Origin: an uncultured Methanosarcinales archaeon
Lineage (GTDB): Archaea > Nanobdellota > Nanobdellia > Woesearchaeales > CAZOXR01
Length of the DNA stretch: 22,111 nucleotides
NCBI GenBank assembly: GCA_964566535.1
Contig: CAZMIO010000001.1
Span: 309,751-331,861, forward strand
Direction of reading: 5' to 3'
A program made the translations under genes and the position numbers. Shown piece after piece: positions 7,621-15,148 of the stretch; positions within the stretch are counted from its first letter, which is position 1, and the number at the start of each line of letters is the position of its first letter. The notes beneath the pieces were generated by a model. That model saw only the letters and a program-made list of their open reading frames with translations. It was not told the origin of the DNA and did no database searches.

Positions 7621-8236
7621 ATTTTAAGATTTTTCCTGTTTCTAGATACCAGAGATACAAATCAAGTTCTGCTAAGTTTAATGATGTTTTTTCTGCTAAT
7701 TGTTTTAGTCTAGTTTCGATTTCTAAGTAATTGTTCTTTGTTATTGTTTTTGGTTTAGCTATTATTTTGTTGTCTGCTAGGATGTCTATTATGTGGAAAT
7801 CGATGATTGCTGAGTTTTTGAAGCCAATATTTCTTAGGAAATGGGATGCTTCTTTGAAGCCTATGCCTTTAACGTTCTTTACTATCCATTCCCTTAGTTC
7901 GCGTTCTTCTAAAGAATTGATTGTGTTTTTTAGGATTTTGCGATGTTTTCTTGCTTCGTGTATGTATTCTGCCCTTACGTTTGGGAAACGGTAGCCGTTG
8001 TTTCTTAATTCTTTTTTTAGTTTGTCTTTTGTGAAGGTTATGAAGCCGTTGTCTATATTTGCTTGGATTTGTATTGATTTTTCTGCTTGGTAGTTGGCAG
8101 TCATTATGCAGAAGCAGAGTTCTTTGAATAGTTCGTCTTCTGATGTGATGTTATTGAATTCAGTTATCCTTTCTTTTACTTTAATTGAAATATTGCTTGC
8201 TTTTAATGATTCAATTGATTGGAGAAGTTTTTTCAT
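7619..8236 (-). CDS. ogg: 8-oxoguanine DNA glycosylase / AP lyase (Ogg2 family)
   Basis: LFKELCFCIMTAN, GYRFPN.RAEYI, HhH motif KGIGFKEASHFLRNIG, AIIDFHI, LDLYLWY and the terminal Lys of TGKILK typical of Ogg2. Confidence 0.93.
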   Translation of the reverse strand: MKKLLQSIESLKASNISIKVKERITEFNNITSEDELFKELCFCIMTANYQAEKSIQIQANIDNGFITFTKDKLKKELRNNGYRFPNVRAEYIHEARKHRKILKNTINSLEERELREWIVKNVKGIGFKEASHFLRNIGFKNSAIIDFHIIDILADNKIIAKPKTITKNNYLEIETRLKQLAEKTSLNLAELDLYLWYLETGKILK

Positions 8237-8257
8237 TTTGATTGATAGGTGTTAGCT

Positions 8258-8284
8258 CATATAAAAAATCAATGGTTTTATATA
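8258..8284. promoter_or_regulatory. Back-to-back TATA boxes for ogg and the GT-B gene
   Basis: Minus-strand TTTATATG about 21 nt before ATG 8236; plus-strand TTTTATATA (8276-8284) 22 nt before ATG 8307. Confidence 0.55.
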
Positions 8285-8306
8285 TGTCGTTTGTCAGGGG
8301 TAAGCT

Positions 8307-9647
8307 ATGGCTAAATCAGAAGGTAAGGTGGTTGGTTCTAAGAATAAAGCATGGGTTATATCTGTTGATATGGGTTATGGTCATCAGAGAGCTGCTTACC
8401 CTTTGAAAGACATTGCTTATGATAGAATAATTACAGCTAATAGTGATAAGATTATAACACCTAAAGAAAAAAGGACATGGTTATGGTTTCAATCCATTTA
8501 TGAAAGTATGTCTAAGATTGATTCTTTTCCCATTATTGGTAAGACGTTGAGGGCTGCTTTTGAAAAAATTGAATCTATCTCTCCTTATTATCCTTTTAGA
8601 GATCTGTCAAAACCTAATTTTGGATCGTTGTATATGCACAGGCTGATTAAGAAGGGTTTTTTAAAGAGTCTTGTTGAATTTACTGAGGAGAAGAAGGAAC
8701 TTCCGTTCGTAAGCACTTTTTTTGCTCCTGCCCTTGCTGCCTCTCATGTAGATGTAAGTGATGTTTATTGTGTTGTTACCGATACTGATATTAACAGAGT
8801 GTGGGTTCCTGAAAATCCTAAAAGTGAGAAATTGTATTACCTTACTCCTACGGAGCATAGTACAAAGAGGTTAATTGCTTATGGGGTCCCCAGGGAGAAT
8901 ATATTCTTTACAGGTTTTCCTCTGCCTAAAGAAAATATGGGGGAGGACCTTTCTATTCTGAAGAAAGATTTAGGAGAAAGACTTGCTAATCTAGATCCAA
9001 ATAAGATATACTTTGGAAGGTTGAAAGAGGTTATTAAAAAACAGATTCCTGGTGCTTATAAGAAGAATAGTAAGCGTCCATTAACTTTAACTTTTGTTGT
9101 TGGAGGGGCAGGTGCTCAGAGAAAGATTGGGGCTGCTATACTAAGGAGCCTTAAGGGGAAGATAATTCGGCATGATATCAGAGTAAATCTTATTGCTGGG
9201 ACTAGGGTTGAGATTGAAGAGTTTTTTAAGAGTATTGTTGAGGAGCTAGGGTTGAAGAAAGAACTTGGCAAATATGTTAATATTTTTTGCAGTTTGGATA
9301 AAAAAAGTCATTTCAGCGGATTTAATCAGATATTACGGACAACTGATGTTCTTTGGACAAAGCCCAGTGAACTTGTGTTTTATGCTGCATTAGGGATTCC
9401 TTTGATATTAACTCCGCCAATTGGGCCTCATGAGATATTGAACCAGAAATGGATCTTGAGGATGGGTTCTGGACTTTCGCAAGAGGATCCTGAGTTTACA
9501 AATGAGTGGCTGTTTGAATGGATTGAGAAGGGAATTCTAGCTGAGAGTGCGTGGGAAGGTTTTACAGAAGCTCCAAGATTTGGAACTTACAATATTGAGA
9601 AAGTGATTTTTAGTAAAGATAAGAGTAAAGTTAAGTTTAGGTATTGA
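8307..9647 (+). CDS. GT-B fold glycosyltransferase-like protein (UgtP/MGDG-synthase-like motifs; DUF6938-like)
   Basis: VDMGYGHQRAA (cf. G.GH..AA), CVVTDTD, TGFP, VGGAG, LWTKPSEL (cf. TKPGG) and PPIGPHE..N (cf. P.PGQE..N). Confidence 0.6.
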   Translation: MAKSEGKVVGSKNKAWVISVDMGYGHQRAAYPLKDIAYDRIITANSDKIITPKEKRTWLWFQSIYESMSKIDSFPIIGKTLRAAFEKIESISPYYPFRDLSKPNFGSLYMHRLIKKGFLKSLVEFTEEKKELPFVSTFFAPALAASHVDVSDVYCVVTDTDINRVWVPENPKSEKLYYLTPTEHSTKRLIAYGVPRENIFFTGFPLPKENMGEDLSILKKDLGERLANLDPNKIYFGRLKEVIKKQIPGAYKKNSKRPLTLTFVVGGAGAQRKIGAAILRSLKGKIIRHDIRVNLIAGTRVEIEEFFKSIVEELGLKKELGKYVNIFCSLDKKSHFSGFNQILRTTDVLWTKPSELVFYAALGIPLILTPPIGPHEILNQKWILRMGSGLSQEDPEFTNEWLFEWIEKGILAESAWEGFTEAPRFGTYNIEKVIFSKDKSKVKFRY

Positions 9648-9651
9648 TAAA

Positions 9652-11547
9652 ATGGATATGATTGGAACTTATAGGAGGAAAACTGAGTTTATTAAGAGTT
9701 TTGTATTCTTAAAATATCAGATTGAGAGAGGGTTTGTTGAGGCGGATCTGGGTAATGCTGGGGAAAGGGTTTTAAGAAGAAGGCGAGTTACAGAAAGACG
9801 TAAAGATACATTAATTGAAAGTATAAAAAGTGTTGAGCATGAACTTAGAAGGATGCTTGATGGGGATGAGATTGAGAAGTTGAAGATGTTAGATATTCCT
9901 GCTCCGCCTGGCTCTATTATTTTTCTTCCGCCTTTTCTACATGTTCCAATTGTTGGGTTTAATTTAGATGGAGTTCATGAGCTATTCCAACATCCTGGAT
10001 GGTTGTTTCATGCAACAACTGATGAAGGTTTACGGATGGTTGCAGGTGATGGGCACTTATTGAGTCCTGTGGAACAGATATTTAGGAAAAAAAATTACCT
10101 AAGTGAAAAATTTGAAAGTACGCCAGTAAATAGAGTATCATTTGGTATATCATTTGCATTTCAAGATGCAAAAAGATATCAAGAATATATAAATAGGAAT
10201 GAAGAACGAACCAATGAATTATTAGGATTTGGTGGATTTTTCATATTTCCATTAGGGGCTGTGCTCCGTAAAGGTCAAACTCTCTGGTTTGGAGGTATTG
10301 ACGGGTATCCTGAGATAGACCTTATAGATAATAGACATTTTAAAAAAATTATATCTAATATTCTTGAATTATTAGTATATCTAAAACAGGATTTTGATAC
10401 TCTGTTAAATAATCTTTCTGAAGCTATTGCTTTCCGTAAGCAATGTGTTGAAAATATTGATGTTATCCGAAAATTAGCGGAAGTGGAAAGAACTGGAGAA
10501 TTAATACATTGCAGCATGGAGGGTGATTTAATTTATTTTTTTACGGAATCTAATGATGTACCTGTATATGATCATGTAGAGAAAGAAGAACTTGGAATAA
10601 AATTAATGGAAAGGGAGAGAGGTACAGAAAAAACGCAAAAGTTTATGAGAAATTACAATTATCACTGCAGGAAAGAACCTAGGGGAGGGAATTGCATAAA
10701 ATTGTACGAAATTTTATCTGGTTATGCGGACAGGGCATTAATTGAAGTAATTCAACGTCATGCAATATGTGGAGGTAAGGGTGAATTTTTTGAAACGTTG
10801 AGATCTCTCAAACCACATAGTTTTAGTCCATTATTGGAAAGTATTGATAATAATGATCTTTTTAGATTCATTTTGATATATAACAGATTTATTTCTGACT
10901 ATTCACAGATTTCACCAACATTTTCTGTTCCACCGAAAAATTATGATCCTTATCTGAGAGGTACAATATTTCATAATGGCATTTACTTTTTTGTAAATCT
11001 TAAACAAGCTTTAGAAAATTTACATAATTCAAAAGAGTCTCCTAGATGTGGGATGTTTTTAATGGCTCAAATAGGAAAAAGGATTAAAAATATTAATAAG
11101 CCTATGATTTTGGCAGAAGTTCGAAAATTAACTTTTAGAAAGATAAAAGAATTAATTCGAGAAACAAGGCGGTCTGCAATAGAAAGTATAGGTAAACTAA
11201 TCCCTTATTCTAGAACAGAGCATCCGCTTGAAGTTGATGTAAGGAAAGGGGTTTTGTTTTTAACAAAAAATTGGTATCATGACAAAAGAAATAAAGGGAT
11301 TTTTGAACAATTAATTAATGCCGGTGTTCCTATGTTAATGGGGTTTGAAAGAGAACAAATAAGTATGGTACCTACTACTGATGAATATCCAGTTCATGAG
11401 ATAGAGGGAGTGATTCATGAGATTTTTGGATGTGATGACCTCGAATTAGAAAACCTCAGAATGGGAGAATCTGGTTTTATTCTTGACGAATCGCGTAGAT
11501 TAGTATATTATACAGGAGGGGGGCATAATGTTTTGTATCAAGTTTAG
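9652..11547 (+). CDS. Large hypothetical protein (631 aa) with a possible ADP-ribosyltransferase-like domain
   Basis: Long uninterrupted ORF 4 nt after the GT-B gene. WLFHATT...G.LLS...GISFA....A..Y...YPE motif order. The CDS itself is secure; the function is speculative. Confidence 0.75.
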   Translation: MDMIGTYRRKTEFIKSFVFLKYQIERGFVEADLGNAGERVLRRRRVTERRKDTLIESIKSVEHELRRMLDGDEIEKLKMLDIPAPPGSIIFLPPFLHVPIVGFNLDGVHELFQHPGWLFHATTDEGLRMVAGDGHLLSPVEQIFRKKNYLSEKFESTPVNRVSFGISFAFQDAKRYQEYINRNEERTNELLGFGGFFIFPLGAVLRKGQTLWFGGIDGYPEIDLIDNRHFKKIISNILELLVYLKQDFDTLLNNLSEAIAFRKQCVENIDVIRKLAEVERTGELIHCSMEGDLIYFFTESNDVPVYDHVEKEELGIKLMERERGTEKTQKFMRNYNYHCRKEPRGGNCIKLYEILSGYADRALIEVIQRHAICGGKGEFFETLRSLKPHSFSPLLESIDNNDLFRFILIYNRFISDYSQISPTFSVPPKNYDPYLRGTIFHNGIYFFVNLKQALENLHNSKESPRCGMFLMAQIGKRIKNINKPMILAEVRKLTFRKIKELIRETRRSAIESIGKLIPYSRTEHPLEVDVRKGVLFLTKNWYHDKRNKGIFEQLINAGVPMLMGFEREQISMVPTTDEYPVHEIEGVIHEIFGCDDLELENLRMGESGFILDESRRLVYYTGGGHNVLYQV

Positions 11548-11562
11548 TGTTATTTATTGAGT

Positions 11563-12507
11563 CTAATCATCCTCATCTCCAGTATGGCAGATGAAGTTAC
11601 CAGTATCAATATAATGGTAGGCTGAATAAGCTGCTGTTACGCCTTCTGCGACTCCTGTTATTGCTTGTTTGAATCTTGAGTCAACTATGTCCCCTGCTGC
11701 GAAGACTCCTTTTAGATTGGTGTTTCCTTGCCTGTCTACCATAATCTCTCCTTTTTCGTTGAGTTTTACGCCAATTGATTTTGCTAGGCCTGATAGTGGA
11801 ATGTGGCCGATTTCAACGAACAGTCCATCTAATTTGAATTCTTTGTTTCCTTTGTAGGGTTTGTCTAGAATTATGCTATTAACGAACTTATCCCCTTTGA
11901 TTTCTGTGATGTTTGTGTTAGGGATGACTTCAATTTTTTTGTTTTCTTTAACTTTTTGAAGGTTTATTGGTTCTGCCCTTATTTTATCTTTTCTGTAGAT
12001 TATGTAAACCTTTTTTCCGTATTGTGTTAAGAGTAGTGCTTCTTTTGCAGCTGAGTCTGATCCTCCAACAACTCCAATTATTTTGTCTTTATAGAATGTG
12101 CCATCGCATAGAGCGCAATAGTGGACCCCTTTTCCAGTAAACTCTTCTTCTCCAGGAACTTTAAGTTTTCTGTATTCTGTTCCTGTTGCGAAGATAATTG
12201 ATGTTGTTTTTAGTGATTTTGAGCCAGTTGTTACTTTGAAACAGCCATCAGCCTGCTTTTCAACTTTTGTTGCTTTTTCTTCGATGATTTCTACGTTGTA
12301 TTCTTTTGCATGGTCCCTTATCTTATCTCCTAGGTCAATTCCTTTTATGTTCTTGAATCCTGGGTAGTTTGCAATATCATCAGTAAGAATTATTGTTCCG
12401 CCTAATTTTTCAGCAATAACTGCTGTTTTCATCTGGAATCTTCCAGCATATATTGCTGCTCCCAGGCCTGCTACTCCTCCACCGATAATGATTGTATCGT
12501 ATTTCAT
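11563..12507 (-). CDS. trxB: Thioredoxin reductase (low-molecular-weight type)
   Basis: IIGGGVAGL (FAD), NYPGF, FATG, GKGVHYCALCDG active site, VGGSDSA and GVFAAGD. Start 12507 gives an ATGA overlap with the GDH stop. Confidence 0.95.
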   Translation of the reverse strand: MKYDTIIIGGGVAGLGAAIYAGRFQMKTAVIAEKLGGTIILTDDIANYPGFKNIKGIDLGDKIRDHAKEYNVEIIEEKATKVEKQADGCFKVTTGSKSLKTTSIIFATGTEYRKLKVPGEEEFTGKGVHYCALCDGTFYKDKIIGVVGGSDSAAKEALLLTQYGKKVYIIYRKDKIRAEPINLQKVKENKKIEVIPNTNITEIKGDKFVNSIILDKPYKGNKEFKLDGLFVEIGHIPLSGLAKSIGVKLNEKGEIMVDRQGNTNLKGVFAAGDIVDSRFKQAITGVAEGVTAAYSAYHYIDTGNFICHTGDEDD

Positions 12508-13607
12508 TTGCACACCTTACATTTTTCTCTTATTCTTTTTTTGGCAATTGCTAATGCACTTTGTCTTGGTGAGATTTTTCTCTTTTTTGCGGTTTCCAAG
12601 ACAATTTTTGTATTATTAGTGATTTTGTTCTCAACTAATTTAAACATTTCCTTTTCTGTGCCTCCTTTGTACTCAACATAAGAGCTAATCACTCCTCCTA
12701 CGTTTGCTACGAAGTCAGGAACAACTAATATTCCTTTCTCACGGATCAGTTCTTCTGTCCCTGGTGTCATTGGAATGTTGCTTCCTTCAACAATTAATTT
12801 GAACTTTAATCTTCTTACGTCGCTGACTTTGATTAGATCAGGTACTGCTGCTGTGATTAATATGTCTGCTTTGATAGCTAAAATGTCTTCACAACAATCT
12901 TTATTTCCAGGTTTATAATGAATTACTGAACCTTTTTCTTTTTTTGTTTTTGCTAATTTTTTGAAATCTAAGCCTTCGCTGTTATGGATGGTCCCTCTGC
13001 TGTCCGAGACTGCAATTAGTTTTGCTCCGTGTTCTGTTAAGTGTTTAGCTGCGAAGTAACCAACATTTCCAAATCCCTCTATGGCTACTGTTGCGTTTTT
13101 TAAGTCTAGACCTGCGAAAGGTGCTGCTACTTTTGTTGCATGGAAAACTCCAAATCCTGTTGAGCCCAATTCATGAGGTAGTCCGCCCATTGATGAGGGT
13201 TTGCCAGTGGTTGATTGTTTGCTGCCATTTGCTTTTGCAAACCATTCCATCTCAATTTCTGCCATGTTCATATCTGGGGCTGCAACATATTGATCTGGAA
13301 CAACTACTTTAATTGCTTTTGAGAATGCTTCAACAATAGCTTGTTTATGTTTAGGAGTTAATTGTCTAGAATCTGCGACAATTCCTGATTTTGCTCCGCC
13401 AAAAGGGATGTCAGCTAAAGCGTTTTTCCAGGTCATTGCTCTAGCTAATCTAAAAACTTCTTCTGAAGTTACAGTAGGTGTCATTCTAATCCCACCTTTG
13501 CCTGGACCTAGTGCTGTATTGTCGATTACTACAAAGCCGCGCATTCCCACTTTGGGATTGTAGACCTCAATTATTTTTTCTGGTCCAAACTCATCGAAGT
13601 TTATCAT
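12504..13607 (-). CDS. gdhA: Glu/Leu/Phe/Val dehydrogenase, probably glutamate dehydrogenase
   Basis: GPGKGGIR, AMTWKNAL...PFGGAKSG, APDMN, TGKP...GG, TGFGV, EGFGNVG and VPDFVANVGGVISSY; RBS AGGTG. Confidence 0.88.
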   Translation of the reverse strand: MINFDEFGPEKIIEVYNPKVGMRGFVVIDNTALGPGKGGIRMTPTVTSEEVFRLARAMTWKNALADIPFGGAKSGIVADSRQLTPKHKQAIVEAFSKAIKVVVPDQYVAAPDMNMAEIEMEWFAKANGSKQSTTGKPSSMGGLPHELGSTGFGVFHATKVAAPFAGLDLKNATVAIEGFGNVGYFAAKHLTEHGAKLIAVSDSRGTIHNSEGLDFKKLAKTKKEKGSVIHYKPGNKDCCEDILAIKADILITAAVPDLIKVSDVRRLKFKLIVEGSNIPMTPGTEELIREKGILVVPDFVANVGGVISSYVEYKGGTEKEMFKLVENKITNNTKIVLETAKKRKISPRQSALAIAKKRIREKCKVCK

Positions 13608-13636
13608 TTTTAAACACCTTGGCTAGTCTGTTCCAT

Positions 13637-13870
13637 TTATAGTTTAAGAGCTTTCTTTATAGCTTCTTGGTCAAAGCCAACTATGACTGTTCCGTCAATA
13701 TCTATAACTGGAACTCCCATCTGGCCTGATTTTTCAACCATTTCGTTTCTGGCTGTATCATCTTCGCCAACATTCTTTTCTTCAAACTCTACTTTACTTT
13801 CCTTTAAGAACTCCTTTACTTTTGTGCACCATGGACAGGTACTTGTGCTATATACTGTTACTTTTGCCAT
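13637..13870 (-). CDS. Glutaredoxin-like / NrdH-redoxin (YruB family)
   Basis: VYSTSTCPWC, KSGQMGVPVI and IVGFD; GGAGG RBS 9 nt before ATG 13870. Confidence 0.92.
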   Translation of the reverse strand: MAKVTVYSTSTCPWCTKVKEFLKESKVEFEEKNVGEDDTARNEMVEKSGQMGVPVIDIDGTVIVGFDQEAIKKALKL

Positions 13871-14028
13871 ATTATTCATCCTCCGTTTAGTTTAGTTGTT
13901 TAATTTTGAATTTGTTTTAAATAATTTATTGTTTTCTAATGATAATGTTTGGCTGGTATTAATATAAATATACCTTCTATATATTATAAGGATCAAGGTA
14001 ATTTTGTTTATTGGGTAAAGTTTTTATA

Positions 14029-14742
14029 CTAATTTTTGTCGTGTTTTCCAGGAATCTGCCAGTCTTCTATTCTTAGGTTTTCTTTTGAGATCTTTAGTTC
14101 TTCGAGGATTGTTCTGATGGATGCCACCATTGGCGGAGGTCCGCAGACGTACCAGAGCTGTTTGTTTATGTTTTTGATGTATTTTTGGATTAGTTCTTTA
14201 CTGACCCTTCCTTGTTCTCCATCCCATTCTTCCTTAGTTAAAGTGTTTATGATCTGGATGTTGCCTTTGTTGATGTTGTTGAGTTCTTCTTTGTAGATTA
14301 TATCTTTTTTGGTTTTATTGCTGTAGAATAAAGTAATGTTGTTTTTTAGATTTTTTTCAACTGCATATCTTATTGCTGAGATGAAGGGGGTAATGCCAGA
14401 ACCGCCTGCAATGAAGACTATGTCTTCTTTTACTTCTTCGTTGAAGTTTAATGTTTTCCCTTGAGGGCCTTCAATGGTTAATTTATCATTTGGTTTTAAT
14501 TCGAATAGTGCTGATGTGAAAAGGCCCATCTTTTTTACCGTTAATTCTACAAATTCATTTGTTGGTGATGAAGAAAAGGTTAGTGGTCTTGACTCCCCTT
14601 TTAGTTCTTCGTTGTTGGGTATAGAAACAAGGCAGTATTGGCCTGGGATGAAATCTATTTTTTCATTAGGTGTTAATCTGAATGTTTTTACATCTGGAGT
14701 TTCATCTTTGATATCTATTATTTCCCCAGTAAATTGAGTCAT
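14029..14742 (-). CDS. FNR-superfamily FAD/NAD(P)H oxidoreductase without an Fe-S domain
   Basis: F.PGQY, RPLTFSSSP, G.FTS.L, GP.G, IAGGSGITPF, LFYSN and YVCGPPPMV. Confidence 0.92.
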   Translation of the reverse strand: MTQFTGEIIDIKDETPDVKTFRLTPNEKIDFIPGQYCLVSIPNNEELKGESRPLTFSSSPTNEFVELTVKKMGLFTSALFELKPNDKLTIEGPQGKTLNFNEEVKEDIVFIAGGSGITPFISAIRYAVEKNLKNNITLFYSNKTKKDIIYKEELNNINKGNIQIINTLTKEEWDGEQGRVSKELIQKYIKNINKQLWYVCGPPPMVASIRTILEELKISKENLRIEDWQIPGKHDKN

Positions 14743-14743
14743 T

Positions 14744-14887
14744 TTAAAGATTTAGTCGTTCTTTTGCTTCTTGCGGAGTTATGTCTTCGAATGCATTCTT
14801 TGCATGACATGTTGGACAGTCTTCTGGTCCTGCTTCGCCATAATGTATATCTTGACATACCTTACACTTAGTGAATTTTTTTGCCAT
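14744..14887 (-). CDS. 47-aa rubredoxin-like (rubrerythrin C-terminal type) protein; absent from the ORF track
   Basis: Hand translation MAKKFTKCKVCQDIHYGEAGPEDCPTCHAKNAFEDITPQEAKERLNL with CxxC-x12-CPxC. Strong AGGAGGT RBS; stop 1 nt before the FNR start. Confidence 0.9.
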   Translation of the reverse strand: MAKKFTKCKVCQDIHYGEAGPEDCPTCHAKNAFEDITPQEAKERLNL

Positions 14888-14901
14888 CTTTAATTACCTC
14901 C

Positions 14902-15147
14902 TTAAACAAATGGGTTTCCATAAGCAGTTACTGCAAGGAAACCGTGCAATGCAACTGATATTATGAATAACCACCAGTAATAGCAATGCCAATTAAATAT
15001 TTTTTGGAAGAATTTAGAATCTCTAATATTTTGAGGTACAAAAGAAGGTGTGCATCTGCATGAGATTAGAACTAAGAACATTGAGAATAGATTTATCCAT
15101 CCTAATGAGTATGAGATCTTTTCTGCAAGCAAAGGGCTTATTGGCAT
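14902..15147 (-). CDS. 81-aa two-helix membrane protein with an H-x13-H motif (possible mini cytochrome b)
   Basis: Two hydrophobic segments; HCYYWWLFIISVALH; SCRC after helix 1; starts 1 nt after the tkt stop. Confidence 0.75.
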   Translation of the reverse strand: MPISPLLAEKISYSLGWINLFSMFLVLISCRCTPSFVPQNIRDSKFFQKIFNWHCYYWWLFIISVALHGFLAVTAYGNPFV

Positions 15148-15148
15148 T

